Notes: a model not told the origin generated them from the sequence alone. A stretch of DNA of 64,000 bases from an uncultured candidate division Zixibacteria bacterium (GCA_963702205.1 OY969724.1:1-64000); one strand, 5' to 3'. Shown: positions 40,879 to 53,000, numbered from the stretch's first letter. Translations and numbers: made by a program.

Positions 40879-41304
40879 ATGAAAAAACAGATACTTTTCC
40901 TATGCACAGGAAACTCATGCCGAAGCCAGATGGCAGAGGGGTGGACCAATTACCTCCAGAAAGAAGACTTTAAGGCATACTCTGCCGGAATCAGTCCAAA
41001 GGGCGTTGACCCAAGGGCTGTAAAGGTAATGTCCGAGGTCGGAGTTGATATATCTGGACAAAATTCAAAGGCTATAGATTCGCTGGGAGATATGGAATTT
41101 GACTATGTAGTTACGCTTTGTGACAATGCAAATGAAGCATGCCCGTTCTTCCCAGCAAAGACCAGACTGCTCCACAGGGGCTTTGATGATCCTCCAAAAC
41201 TCGCCGATAGCATACAGAATGAAGATGAGGCATTAAATCATTACCGAAGGGTGCGGGAAGAGATAAGGGCCTTTGTTGAGAACCTGGAAGAAGAACTCAA
41301 ATAA
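40879..41304 (+). CDS. arsC: Arsenate reductase (LMW-PTP fold)
   Basis: LCTGNSCRSQMAE, VTLC...CP, FDDP. Confidence 0.94.
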   Translation: MKKQILFLCTGNSCRSQMAEGWTNYLQKEDFKAYSAGISPKGVDPRAVKVMSEVGVDISGQNSKAIDSLGDMEFDYVVTLCDNANEACPFFPAKTRLLHRGFDDPPKLADSIQNEDEALNHYRRVREEIRAFVENLEEELK

Positions 41305-41478
41305 CAAGATGGGATCAAAATGGCAGAAGTGGTAAAAAAATAAAAACTGAAAAATCTATCCCGTCATCAGTATCCTATTAATTGTATGCATTACAATAAC
41401 TGCTGCGTTTGATTTTATAAAACCAATACGAAATTCATAGATAAAGAGTAAATAATAAAAGAAGAAGAGGGAAAGCAT

Positions 41479-43924
41479 ATGGCATATAAACGATTGATGA
41501 TATTTTTTTTGTCTGTTTTTTTAACGCCGGCTTATATTAATGCCCAAGTCCCCTCTCAGGCAGAGAAGGATCAGAAGTATGAGGAAGCCAAACAGGACGC
41601 GATGGGGATTTGTCCACCTATCAACCTGCTGGACGAAAATGGAAATATTATCAATCCGTTGGAAAATCCCAACGTAAGCAAGCCTTACAGTCCTAAAATG
41701 ACCTGCGGAAAATGTCATGACTACGACAAGATAACACAGGGTTACCATTTTCAACAGGGTAAAGGTGCTAAGATGACTGAGGATTACGCGCAGGCCTATC
41801 CCTGGGCAAAAAGCCCCGGGCAATACGGGGGTAGATGGTGAAGTCCGGGACCTGTTTTCCGCCAGTTGGCAGGGAAAAAGAACTCATCACCCCAGGAGAT
41901 CGACCTTACATCTTACACCTTTACAGCCCAGTGCAGTGTCTGCCATACCGGAGGCGGCCCTGCAGAATACTGACCGGAACGGAAACCGTTATGATCAGTT
42001 TGCAGCAGACCCGAAAAACGGGATAATTCCAGGCGGGACAAACAACCTTGACGGCGATTATTTCGAGTCAAAGTGGGCTGAAAGCGGGGTCCTTGAGGCT
42101 GACTGTCTCATATGCCACCTTAAAAGCTACGACATGGAAAAAAGAAACGCCCAGGTTAAGGAATTCAATTTTCGCTGGGCCGCTACGGCGGGTGCCGGAT
42201 TTGGAAAAGTAGAAGGCAGTATCTTAAAAGGCGAAACACCGAAGGTCATATATAATCCTTCCATGTTCCAAGAAGGCGGCAAGGTGGTTCTTCCGGTTAT
42301 CAGGGAGGTTCAAAATGGAAACTGCCTTTTTTGTCATCACGGGTCCGACTGGAAGAAACGCGGCAGTTCCTACAGTCACAGGACAGATGTGCATATCCGG
42401 GCCGGGCTGCGTTGCATCGACTGCCATTTGACCGGCCGGCATGCGGAAGATCCCAGGATTTATGGAAGGGAAGAACACCAGATAGGCAAAGGCGATGACC
42501 CGGGAGATTTTGACCGTGATGACCTGGATAATACCATGCGCAGCTGTGAGGACTGTCATGCAAATGGTATTCTAAATGCACCTGTCCCGCAGCATAAGGG
42601 CTTCCCGCCGGTTCATTTTGAAAAGATCGCCTGCCAGACCTGTCATATACCATGGCGCCAGGTGAGGGCCGCTCTCGTGCAGGATTCCTCTGTTTTCAAC
42701 GCGAGCCCCCGAATTGAACCGCCAGGTAAAAGAATCTGGAATTTTTACGGGCCGGATATAACACCATGGAATTATTACGGATTTGAAATTGGTTATCCGG
42801 AAGGGCTACAGCCGTTCTTCAAGTACAGGCCGGCACTTGGAAAGTACAAGGACAAGATCTATCCCCTTAACCGTGTTTATACGCTATGGACAGGGATAAA
42901 AACAAAAGGAGAAAAAGGGATCAACCAGCCATTCATGAAAGATATTTTTATGATGTGGAAAAATCATTCAGAGCATCCGGACACGACCTACCCTGAGTTG
43001 AGTATTATCAGCGATGACAACCGTGACGGGTTTCCTGAAGTTAACAGGCCTGAGGAGATCAAATCTCTACTGTCCTCGGTCACCTCTATGCTCAAACAAA
43101 AAGGGGTATCCATGAAGAATAAGACAGTCGTATTTGTGGACGGGGATCGTTACACAGCCGACGGAAACAAATGGATAAGCCTTCCTAAAAAGCCATATGA
43201 ATATTCTCCTTACGGCTCGGTCTTCAAATATTCCCACGACATCACCCCTGCCCGTAATGCACTGGGTGCCAAAGGGTGCGCCGACTGTCATGCCCTCAAA
43301 TCCACTTTTTTCGAGCAGCCCGTCATGACACAGCCGTTTGATGAAAATGGCAAACCCACCTATCGACCTAATGCTGAACTTCTCGGATTTTCATCAACAG
43401 CGGTATTTGCAAGTGGCTTCAGGCAGGAGATTTTAAAACCGATCCTTTTTTTCAGTATTCTGGCCGGTATATTGCTATTACTTATCATGCTTGTATGCGG
43501 AGATTGGGTAATCGGGCTCTCAAAATCGAAACCTTTTCCTTGGACACCCACCCAACGCCTGATGCTTGGTATCCTGGGTGTGGGTCTTCTTGGACCGTCT
43601 ATTATTGTCATCTTTGAATCACTACTACCCAGTAATGTTATAGGAATACTGGAAAACATCCATCGGTGGGCGGGAGTCGGTCTTGTCATTGCTACCCTCT
43701 GGCTGATGTTAAAAACAAGGGGTAAAAACACCGATAGTCTTTTCTGGACAGGCATTTTTTTAGTGGCATTTATGACATCAACAGGGGTCTTCCTTTGGGT
43801 AAGCAGCTCTGAAAACATACGGCAGATCCTTTATACCCTGCATGATGCCGGTGCCATTTGCGCAGGTTTTATAGCTCTTGTATCAATTATTTACTTTTTT
43901 TTACATAACAGGGCAGCCAAATGA
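41479..43924 (+). CDS. Membrane-anchored octaheme c-type cytochrome, probable selenoprotein (UGA 41839-41841), with one extra base near 41971
   Basis: Signal peptide; eight CxxCH motifs once UGA is read through and one base removed; C-terminal TM helices. Confidence 0.8.
41842..41883 (+). promoter_or_regulatory. SECIS-like stem-loop
   Basis: TTTTCC-GCC-AGTT-GGC-AG-GGAAAA; G in loop; loop begins 22 nt after UGA. Confidence 0.65.
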
Positions 43925-44028
43925 TATAGGCAAAAAAAATAGTTTTGCGACAGATAATAGGCGACTCTTTTTTTATCATAGTATATTGATATATAGATTA
44001 TTACGTCTTCAATGGAGAAACTAGTCAA

Positions 44029-45141
44029 ATGAAAACGCTTGAACAAGACAAGGGCTCCTTCACAGCTCTCAACAAAGAATCGACAAGCCGGACAACGATC
44101 GTGAGCCATGCCGGCGTGACCGCCAAATACATTGCGCTCATCGTGCTGCTGCTGGCGGCGTGGTGGGTTATTTACCGGAACCTTCCGGCTTTTGCAGAAC
44201 ACGCAACGCGCATCATGTCAACACTGATGGGCTTTCAGGTCGACGGAAGACTGGGCGGCGTCGTTTCGTTTTTCATCTTCGAAGCGCCCAAAGTGCTGAT
44301 GCTGCTGGTCCTGGTGGTCTTCGGAGTTGGCATCGTTCGATCCTTTTTCACTCCCGAACGGACAAGAAACATTCTCGCCGGCCGACGTGAATCAATCGGC
44401 AACGTACTGGCGTCGATCCTCGGCATCGTGACCCCCTTCTGCTCCTGTTCAGCGGTGCCGCTTTTTCTGGGATTTGTGACTACGGGTGTTCCTCTTGGAG
44501 TGACATTCTCCTTCCTTATTGCTGCACCCATGGTCAACGAAGTGGCGCTGGTGCTTCTCTATGGGCTATTCGGCTGGGAGGTGGCGGCCATCTACCTGGG
44601 TATGGGTGTGTTGATCGCTATGGTCGCTGGATGGGTCATCGGCCGGCTGCACATGGAGCGGCATCTCGAAGAGTGGGTATTCCAGATCCAGGCGGGGCAG
44701 GCAGACCTGCCTGAAGGAAAGCAGAATTGGGCGGACCGGATGCGCTATGGATGGGATGCGGTTCGCGAAATCGTGGGAAAGGTCTGGATATATGTGATAT
44801 TGGGCATCGCTGTTGGTGCAGGCATCCACGGCTACGTGCCCGAAGGTGTTATGGCTTCGTTCATGGGAAAGTCCGCATGGTGGTCGGTGCCCCTGTCCGT
44901 GGTGATCGGCATTCCCATGTACTCCAACGCCGCTGGAATCATTCCCATCGTGCACGCCCTGATTGAGAAGGGGGCGGCGCTTGGCACGGTACTGGCGTTC
45001 ATGATGTCCGTCATCGCACTGTCGTTTCCCGAGATGGTCATACTGCGCAAGGTCCTCAAGCCGCGGTTGATCGCCACTTTTATTGGAGTGGTCGGAGCGG
45101 GCATCCTTTTGGTTGGATATCTGTTCAATTTTATTATGTAG
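44029..45141 (+). CDS. ArsP/DUF318-family permease
   Basis: TPFCSCSAVP, APMVNE, IPMYSN, LSFPE. Confidence 0.9.
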   Translation: MKTLEQDKGSFTALNKESTSRTTIVSHAGVTAKYIALIVLLLAAWWVIYRNLPAFAEHATRIMSTLMGFQVDGRLGGVVSFFIFEAPKVLMLLVLVVFGVGIVRSFFTPERTRNILAGRRESIGNVLASILGIVTPFCSCSAVPLFLGFVTTGVPLGVTFSFLIAAPMVNEVALVLLYGLFGWEVAAIYLGMGVLIAMVAGWVIGRLHMERHLEEWVFQIQAGQADLPEGKQNWADRMRYGWDAVREIVGKVWIYVILGIAVGAGIHGYVPEGVMASFMGKSAWWSVPLSVVIGIPMYSNAAGIIPIVHALIEKGAALGTVLAFMMSVIALSFPEMVILRKVLKPRLIATFIGVVGAGILLVGYLFNFIM

Positions 45142-45227
45142 AGGAACCGGATGCCATGACACAAAAAACACAGGGCAGAAAATTTCAATAGAATATTCAA
45201 TAGAAACTCATTATTAAACAGGATACC

Positions 45228-45887
45228 TTGGAAACTGATTTAATCATTGAAATAGAACAGGTCTTGAAACCATTTTTTACTCATGCGCGATTTAAGACAC
45301 AAGAGTTTTTATGGCATGAGGGTGATCCGGGCAGTAAAATGATCTCGATAATCAAGGGAAAGGTCAGAATTTACCGTTCTCTCCCGGATGGAAAGCAGGC
45401 ATCAATATTCTTATTTGGTCCGGGAGAAACATTTGGTTTTTTACCTTTGATTGACAGATCACCATATCCAGCCAGTGCAGAAGTCATAGAAGATCTTGAA
45501 GCTCTGGTCATGACAAGGGAAAAACTGTATGAAGTGATGAGGCAGTATCCTGATGTTGCCGTGTTTTTACTTACACAACTGGCCAAAAAACTGCGCGGAG
45601 CGTTTGACCAGATTGAAATGCTTTCTACCCGGGGTATCCTGCCCCGTGTGGCTGCGGCTATTATCTCACTCACCAGTTCGTCCGATAGTAAAGTGCAAAC
45701 TGAAATAATAACACTTCCTGTCTCTTCACGTGAATATGCAGGTCTTTTAGGGCTTACGCCCGAAAGTTTTTCAAGGGGAATCACGAAACTTTCGGAAATG
45801 GGTATCATTCACAAGATAAAGGGAAATACATTCCAGGTACTTGACTATAACAGGCTGCTCAGCGAATCCAGACCGGAAAATCAGTAA
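45228..45887 (+). CDS. Crp/Fnr-family regulator without FNR Cys cluster
   Basis: cNMP-fold GPGETFG...YPASA; HTH LTPESFSR. Confidence 0.9.
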   Translation: METDLIIEIEQVLKPFFTHARFKTQEFLWHEGDPGSKMISIIKGKVRIYRSLPDGKQASIFLFGPGETFGFLPLIDRSPYPASAEVIEDLEALVMTREKLYEVMRQYPDVAVFLLTQLAKKLRGAFDQIEMLSTRGILPRVAAAIISLTSSSDSKVQTEIITLPVSSREYAGLLGLTPESFSRGITKLSEMGIIHKIKGNTFQVLDYNRLLSESRPENQ

Positions 45888-45896
45888 AAGCTGACC

Positions 45897-46043
45897 AGTG
45901 TCCATCCGGAAAGATACAATTTCAGGACAGAGCTTACAGCAGTCAGCGTTCAGCGTTCAGCCAAGTCTTTAATTTTAATGCTTTAAGCTGATAGCTGAAG
46001 GCTGATGGCTTTCATCAAAAAACAAAGGTTTCCGGATAAACAC
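45897..46043. repeat. MITE-like element with internal heptamer repeats
   Basis: AGTGTCCATCCGGAAA...TTTCCGGATAAACAC; inner CAGCGTT / GCTGATA-type repeats. Confidence 0.65.
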
Positions 46044-46089
46044 CAATATTCTAAAATAGTTCAAACATTCTCTACTAAAGCACCCAAAA

Positions 46090-46103
46090 TTGATCGCGAT
46101 CAA
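46090..46103. promoter_or_regulatory. FNR-type box
   Basis: Perfect TTGAT-CGCG-ATCAA, 55 bp upstream of 46159. Confidence 0.8.
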
Positions 46104-46158
46104 TGCCTAATCCTTCATGGTGTTTTATATTTAAAGAAAAAATACAAAGGAGACAATC

Positions 46159-46767
46159 ATGGAAAATTTTAAAGAAATACTTGAAACGGGTATTAAATTT
46201 CACGGTCACAGGTGCCCGGCCATGCCAATGGGGCTCAAGGCAGGGCTCGCCGCTATGAAGATCCTTGGCGTGGAACGCGCAAAAGACAAGGAACTCTCAG
46301 TGATATCCGAAACAGGTAAAGGGCATGCAGCAGGCTGCTTTCTGGACGGCATCATGACAGCTACCGGATGCACATATGGCAAGTCGAATATCGAAAAACG
46401 TTATTACAACAAGATGGCCTTTACTCTAATTGATAATAAAACCGGTCGTGCAGTTCGGGTTTCCCTGAAACCCGACTTTTTTGAAATGGCACTCGCATCC
46501 CCCTTTGTACAACTGAGAAAGGCCGGCACTCCGCCGCAGGACATTGATCCCGAAATAGCCGATCCGCTCATTAACAGGGTCCTGGGGCTGGAAGACTCTC
46601 AGTTCCTCGATATCGGAGATATACACCCTGTTGATGTTAAAAAAGGGAAGGGAGTTTTCGATGCAAAAAGGTGTGAAGCCTGCGGCGAACTTACCTTTAT
46701 AAACAAGCTGCGTGTAAAGGATGACGGGTCCCTCCTGTGCATCCCATGCTCGGGCTATGACGAGTAA
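46159..46767 (+). CDS. FmdE-family protein
   Basis: FHGHRCP, CFLDGI...GCTYGK, C-terminal CEACGE...CIPC. Confidence 0.9.
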   Translation: MENFKEILETGIKFHGHRCPAMPMGLKAGLAAMKILGVERAKDKELSVISETGKGHAAGCFLDGIMTATGCTYGKSNIEKRYYNKMAFTLIDNKTGRAVRVSLKPDFFEMALASPFVQLRKAGTPPQDIDPEIADPLINRVLGLEDSQFLDIGDIHPVDVKKGKGVFDAKRCEACGELTFINKLRVKDDGSLLCIPCSGYDE

Positions 46768-46801
46768 TCAATCTTAATGAAACAGAAGGGGGGAACAGTT
46801 A

Positions 46802-47611
46802 ATGCCTATAGGAACCGAACAGATTATATTATTGTGCGCCGTCTTTTTCATCGTGTCAGTCGTATTTATGATGTTCGGCCAGGGAGGCGGTGCAGTCTAT
46901 GTGCCCATGCTCCTGGCCTTCGGGCTTCCTCTTTATACGTGTGCCGCTACAAGCCAGATGCTGATTATAGTAGCCACCGTCTCCGCCCTTCTTGTTTTCC
47001 ATAAGGCCGGATTCGTTGACTGGACCCTTGCCCTTATCGTGGAGCCGCCAACCAACCTTGGAGCCTTTTTCGGGGGATACCTTTCGCCTTATTTTCCTGT
47101 GACATTTTCCAAGCTTGCATTTGCCTGTATTATCCTTATCGGAGCTTACTTCATGATAAAGCCCATAGGAAACAGGAGGATGGGACCGGAAGTTAAAAAG
47201 GACAGATGGTTTTATATTAATCGAACCACTGGAAATGAATCATATACATTAAATCTTTTTTCCATAATACCGCTGATGATCCTTGCAGGCTTTGTGTCGG
47301 GTATGCTGGGTGTGGGTGGTGGCCTCATAAAGGTGCCTGTAATGGTACTCCTGGTGGGTGTCCCAATGAAGATAGCCGTAGGTTCATCAAGCCTGATGAT
47401 TGGTATTACAGCGATTACAGGCCTTCTAGGTCATGTAATAGCCGGGCATTTTGACCCGAAACTGGCCATGATCCTCGGAGGCGCAGTCCTGGTCGGCTCT
47501 CAGATTGGTGCAAGGCTGGGTGTCAGAATAGACAAGAAAGGTCATAAAAAATATTTTGGTATCCTGTTAATCTTTATCGCCTGCTGGATGGGCTATATGG
47601 CGTTTAAATAA
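46802..47611 (+). CDS. TSUP (TauE/SafE) transporter
   Basis: GQGGGAVYVP and GVGGGLIKVP repeats. Confidence 0.9.
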   Translation: MPIGTEQIILLCAVFFIVSVVFMMFGQGGGAVYVPMLLAFGLPLYTCAATSQMLIIVATVSALLVFHKAGFVDWTLALIVEPPTNLGAFFGGYLSPYFPVTFSKLAFACIILIGAYFMIKPIGNRRMGPEVKKDRWFYINRTTGNESYTLNLFSIIPLMILAGFVSGMLGVGGGLIKVPVMVLLVGVPMKIAVGSSSLMIGITAITGLLGHVIAGHFDPKLAMILGGAVLVGSQIGARLGVRIDKKGHKKYFGILLIFIACWMGYMAFK

Positions 47612-47721
47612 AACACATATGGCAGAGTATGAACAAAACAGAAAGCTGATCAGGATAAACAGCTTAATCTGCGATCCGTGACAGGTATTTCCACTGCCAA
47701 TAACCCTCAAGGAGTTTTGAG

Positions 47722-48996
47722 ATGAAGCGTCATTTTATTTTTATGGTTTTATGTGCATTCTGGAGTTCAAACTGCTTTGCCGTCAGTATCGATGATCTTC
47801 TGGATGCTGCAGCGCAGCAACCGGGTTATGAAGTCAGCGCTCTGGCCGTCCAGGAAAGCGATTTGCAAAAAGATCGCGCCACAGCCGCCTTGTTTCCGGA
47901 ACTCGGAGCCTTTAGTCGTTTCGAAAACTACAATTCGCCGACCAATCTTCGCCCAATGCCCCCTACAGAGGTCAATATACAGGCGGGAGAGTCGATTCCC
48001 TTTTCCCGTAATATCATCCGCTATGGGTTGAGCTTTGAGGCTCCTGTGTATGTCCGAAAGCTATATGTGCTGCGACAAAAAGCGATTCTGCTGCGGCAAA
48101 AGGCCGAAACCGATCGGCAATTGGACCTGATCGGTCGTCAGGCGACGGTGGTATCGCTTAACAGTGCTTTGGCTTATCTGCAGGCTCTCGAAGCAGCGAT
48201 CGATGCCCGCCGCGCGTCTCTCGGCAAAACACTTGAGGATATGTCCCTAAAGGTGAAAACCGGGAGATCCCCTGAATCAGAGCTTTTGAAAATTCAAAAG
48301 ACGATCAATGATCTGGATCAACAGCGCAATGAACTGGAGGTGAAACGTCTGGAAACGCTGCGGGAGATCAATACCCTGACAGGCATTAAAGTTTCTGCGG
48401 CGGCCGACATGAGCCTTATTCAACAGCCGATGGGGACCTCCTACCTGGCGGTTACTGCGGCCCAATACAATGCCGATGTCGCTGAAAAGGAAGTTGAGCA
48501 CACGCAGGCAGCCCGTTGGCCGGAGTTGTCTGTTAATGGTTATGTTTCCGGCAATGACGGAGAAGCGTACAACACAGACAGTCATATTTACAGGAGCTAT
48601 AACCAGATCGCCCTGGTTCTGAAGTTTCCCTTGTTCAACCGTACCCTGAAGAGCGACGAATCCATTGCCCGGGTTCAACTGGAGAAAGCGAAAAAATATC
48701 TGGAACAAACACGGCTCGACATGGAAGCGCTTTCCGAAACGCTGGCACAGAAAATCGTGGTCATCGAAAAATCCATCACACTGGCCGAAAATTCGATCAC
48801 TGACAGTGAAAAGCTACTGGCCGTCGCCCGTGTCTCGTTGCGCTCCGGGCGCATGACCACTGAGGATTATCTGCGCTATGAAAGTGATGTTCTGGCCGCT
48901 CAGGCAGCCCTTTGCCAGGCACGTCAGCAAAGGTGGCAGATAGTTGCTCAGCAGGCTGTGCTTTATGGAACAGATTTGAAAGGAGTCGTAAAATGA
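47722..48996 (+). CDS. TolC-family outer-membrane efflux protein
   Basis: Signal peptide, two OEP repeats, operon context. Confidence 0.85.
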   Translation: MKRHFIFMVLCAFWSSNCFAVSIDDLLDAAAQQPGYEVSALAVQESDLQKDRATAALFPELGAFSRFENYNSPTNLRPMPPTEVNIQAGESIPFSRNIIRYGLSFEAPVYVRKLYVLRQKAILLRQKAETDRQLDLIGRQATVVSLNSALAYLQALEAAIDARRASLGKTLEDMSLKVKTGRSPESELLKIQKTINDLDQQRNELEVKRLETLREINTLTGIKVSAAADMSLIQQPMGTSYLAVTAAQYNADVAEKEVEHTQAARWPELSVNGYVSGNDGEAYNTDSHIYRSYNQIALVLKFPLFNRTLKSDESIARVQLEKAKKYLEQTRLDMEALSETLAQKIVVIEKSITLAENSITDSEKLLAVARVSLRSGRMTTEDYLRYESDVLAAQAALCQARQQRWQIVAQQAVLYGTDLKGVVK

Positions 48997-50048
48997 AAAA
49001 ACGCATTTTCACTATTTTAATTATTATACTTGTCGCTGCTGCCGGTCTGATGCTGCTACACAAAAGAAAAATCGACCTTTCCAAGGCGTCTCCGGCCCAG
49101 ATCCTGCCGGCGGTTGTTAAGACTATAGATATCAAGTCACAACCAGTCACCCTGACACTGCCGGCCATGGGCGTGGTTGCCTCAGACGTTTCTTCGGTGC
49201 TTTCCACCCGGATCAGCGGTCGAATTACCAAAATAATGAAGCGGGAAGGAGAAACTGTTCATGAGGGAGAATTGATCGCCCTGATCGATAATGCTGATCT
49301 TGAAGCCAAACGAAAATCATTACTGGCAAAACAGGAAGGAGTGAAAGCGGAAATCGAGGCCCTGCGGCAGGCTCATCAGCGTACCCTTGAACTGCTTAAA
49401 GTCGGAGGGGCGTCACTTGAGCAGAAACAGCAGGAAGAGGCTTCCATAGAACGCCTGGTCCGGGAACGGGAAAGCTTGATACAAAACGGGCAGGAGATCG
49501 AAGTATTATCCAGCTACGCCCGCATCGTCGCTCCGGTTTTCGGCACGCTGAGTCAGGTCCTGGTAAGCCCCGGTGATCTGGCTACTCCCGGCAAGCCTTT
49601 GTTTCGGATCGCATCAAAAAACGGTCTTTATCTGCAGCTTTCCCTGCCAGGTTCTGTTCATGCCTCAGAAATCATACTGCAGGGACATACCTTGCCCCTG
49701 ACCTCCAGGGAGCAGACCGCGAACACCGGACTGGTGCAGTATGTGGCTCCACTACCTCCAAGCACCGGGATGGTTGAGGGTGAGTACATAAATGTGAAGG
49801 TAGTCGTTTATCAAGGCAATGGCATGTTTATGCCTGTTGACGCCCTTCTGACCATGGATGGTTCTTCTTCGGTTTTTGTTCTGTCTCTCGACGGCAAGGC
49901 CGAACGTATACCCGTCACGATCAAAGCGCGCGGTGTTGAGGGCGTGACGGTCGAACAAAACCTGTCCGGCCGAAGGATAATCGTGGCCAAGCCTGATATC
50001 CTCTTACGGATCGCTGCGGGCGTCCCCGTGATAGCAATGAATTCCTAA
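48993..50048 (+). CDS. RND periplasmic adaptor subunit
   Basis: STRISGRI...EGETV; IVAPVFG; ATGA overlap with TolC gene. Confidence 0.88.
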   Translation: MKKRIFTILIIILVAAAGLMLLHKRKIDLSKASPAQILPAVVKTIDIKSQPVTLTLPAMGVVASDVSSVLSTRISGRITKIMKREGETVHEGELIALIDNADLEAKRKSLLAKQEGVKAEIEALRQAHQRTLELLKVGGASLEQKQQEEASIERLVRERESLIQNGQEIEVLSSYARIVAPVFGTLSQVLVSPGDLATPGKPLFRIASKNGLYLQLSLPGSVHASEIILQGHTLPLTSREQTANTGLVQYVAPLPPSTGMVEGEYINVKVVVYQGNGMFMPVDALLTMDGSSSVFVLSLDGKAERIPVTIKARGVEGVTVEQNLSGRRIIVAKPDILLRIAAGVPVIAMNS

Positions 50049-50059
50049 GGAGGCCAGTT

Positions 50060-53000
50060 ATGTTTGATTTTTTCCATAAGCGTCCCTACCTGCTATATAG
50101 CCTGATCGCCGGATTTTTCGTGCTGGGAGTTTACGGCCTGCTGGTGATGCCAAAGAATCTTTTTCCGGACAGCGACCGGCCGACGATCATCGTAGTGACT
50201 CAGGTCCCCGGCGCGACACCCGACGTGGTGGCTGCCACGGTTTCCAAGCCCATCGAGGAGGAAGTCTCCACCCTGTCGCAGATCCGACAGGTCAGTTCAG
50301 TTAATATTGCCGGCATGTCTATAGTCACGGCCGAGTTTGAGTACATCAAGGGGCTGGATCCGGCTGCTGTTGATGTCAACAACGCTATTAACAAAATGCG
50401 CGGCAAACTGCCCCGGGACGTCAATCCATCCATCTACACGGCCGGCTCACACATTCTGCCGGTAGATGTGTTCGCGCTGTCACCGGCCGGTGGTGGTCTT
50501 ACCCTGGGCGACGTACGCAAGATCGCAGAAAGCGATATCAAACCCGCTCTTCTGCGAAACCCTCAAGTTGGCAATGTGGAGATCTTCGGTGGATACCAAA
50601 GCGCCATCAGTATAAATGTCGATCCGTTCAGGGCAAAAGCAGCAGGATTGAGTCTGGATAAGATCTCAACGACGGTGCGCGCCCTGGACCGGGACGCCCC
50701 ATCGGATTCAGCAAGAATATGGATTCTTTTTATACGATCACCATTTATGGAGAAAAAGCAAGTGTCGAAGAACTAAGCATGCTGCCAGTGGCTCCCAACG
50801 TTCGCCTTGGCGATATAGCTGATATCAGGTGGGAGCACCAGACGCGCTTTTCCGGTTACTACGGCGACGGGAAGGCTGCCATCGCTATAGCGATCCAGCG
50901 TGCACCGGGCGGATCGGTACTGGACACAAGCAATGCCTGCCGCGCGGTTGTCGAAAATCTCAAACCACGCTATCCCAACATCCGCTTCGCACTCGCCGAC
51001 ACCCAGCGCACCCTGATCAAAACAGCCAACATCAATATGCTTGACGCGCTACGGGACGCCATTATTTTCACCCTTATTGTCATCCTCCTTTTTTTGGGCA
51101 ATCTGCGGGCTGTCGCCGCAGCCCTGATCTCTATTCCCATGGTGTTTTTTACTACTCTGGCCATCATCTGGATGACCGGCGGTGAGTTGAACATAGTCAT
51201 CTACACGGCCATCATCCTCGCCTTGGGAATGCTTGTGGATGACGCGGTCGTCGTCCTGGAAAACATCGAGCGCCATCTGGTGGATTTGAAGCAGGATCTG
51301 AATACGGCCATTATCTCCGGCACCAAGGAAGTGGTAGCGCCGGTTTTCGCCGGCACAGTGGCAACCGTGGCCATCATGTTCCCTTTCCTGTTTGCCGGTG
51401 ATTTTCCCCAGCAAATCTTCCGGCCTCTGATCTCCACGCTGATCATAGCCCTGGTGGTTTCCTATTTTCTTTCCATTACCTTCATTCCCGCCATCTCCTT
51501 TTTCCTTTACCGCAAGGGTGTTTCCAAGACTCGCTTCGAGCAGCTACTCGAGTATCTCTACGAGAAAAGCTTCGGACGCCTGGTAGGACCTTATCTGGCC
51601 ATCCTGCGGTTTTCCGCCAGGGGGCGCTCCGGCTGGCGGCGCATCCTGATGACCGTCGCTGTTGTCGCACTGCTGGCCTTCAGCCTCAAAAACATCATGC
51701 CGGTAATCGGCCGTGACCTGATGCCCCCCATGGATACAGGCATCATCAAGGCCCATGTCAAGTTTTCCGCCAACGAGCCGGTGGACGTAGCAGAAAAGCG
51801 TCTCAAACCCTTTATCGAATGGCTTCACCGACAGCCGGAAGTGGTCATGAGTTCAGTGAGTTACGGTTCCGAGCCAGGCGTGCTTTCCCTGGGATCGGGG
51901 TCACTGCCCGCAGAAGCGATGATGACGATTAATTGCGTGGATCGCTTCCACCGCAAAAAAAGTATATGGCAGATTGAGGATGAACTTCGTTCGCGTCTTT
52001 CGGAATTGCGAAACGTCAAGGCTGCCGACGTATATGACTTCGGCGCCACCCCACTGTCCAGTATCAAAGCCCCCGTCGACGTGCGCCTGATGGCTGAAGA
52101 CTACCATGTATTGCCGCAAGCGGCGCAAAAAGCCGCGAAGGCTCTCGGCTCGGTCAAGGGGTTGACTTCTGTAAACACCAGCTGGGACAATGATTTCACT
52201 GAGGCGCGGTTGAATGTCGACACCAACCGTGCCCTGGCATATGGCATGACCCCGGTGCAGATCGCCGCCCAGTTACCTCTGGCAGGTCTTCCTGTAGCAG
52301 TCAGCGCTAATATGGTCACTATGCAGAATCAGTTTGTGCGAATTTATTTTAACCGACCATTTGACGGCAACCCGGAACAGTTGCGCCTGATCCCGATACA
52401 GACGCCCAAGGGACCTGTGCCGCTTTCTGCCCTGGCGACAATAGAATACGGACTGACAGCCAACAAGATCGAGCGTAACCAGATGCTCTATTCCCTGGAC
52501 GTGTCGGGATATCGCTCCCGGCGTGCCATTTCCACCCTGACTGAAGACACCCAGTCAGCCCTGAAAAAGGCCGGCATCAAAGGTGTGAAAATCAGCCAGG
52601 AAGGTGATATCAAGCAGATGAAGGACTCTTTCACGCGGATGATCAAGTCTATCGGCATTGGCGTAATACTTCTGCTCATGGCGCTGGTGGCCATTTATCA
52701 GTCAGTGCGTATGGCTATCGTCATGGTCCTGGTGCTCCCGCTTGCAATGATCGGGGCTTCCTGGGGCATGCTTATCTTCAATAAACCAAGCTGCATGCCC
52801 AGCCTGGTAGGTATTTTGCTGCTCTTTGGCATCATCATCAAGAATTCGATTCTGCTGATCGATTTTTATCAGGAGTTTAGAAAAAAAGAAGAATCCCCCT
52901 TTGATGCGGCCCTGGAGAGTGTGAGGGTGCGATTCCGGCCGGTGTTCATGACCGCTTTTGGCACTATCGCCGGCATGATTCCCATCGCTTTCGAATGGGC

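Noticed and set aside
41968..41974. Second Sec codon or prfB-like +1 frameshift at TAC-TGA-C
   Set aside because: Read-through hits another stop five codons later; TAC is not a slippery codon and the GGAGG spacing is wrong; a single-base insertion is simpler
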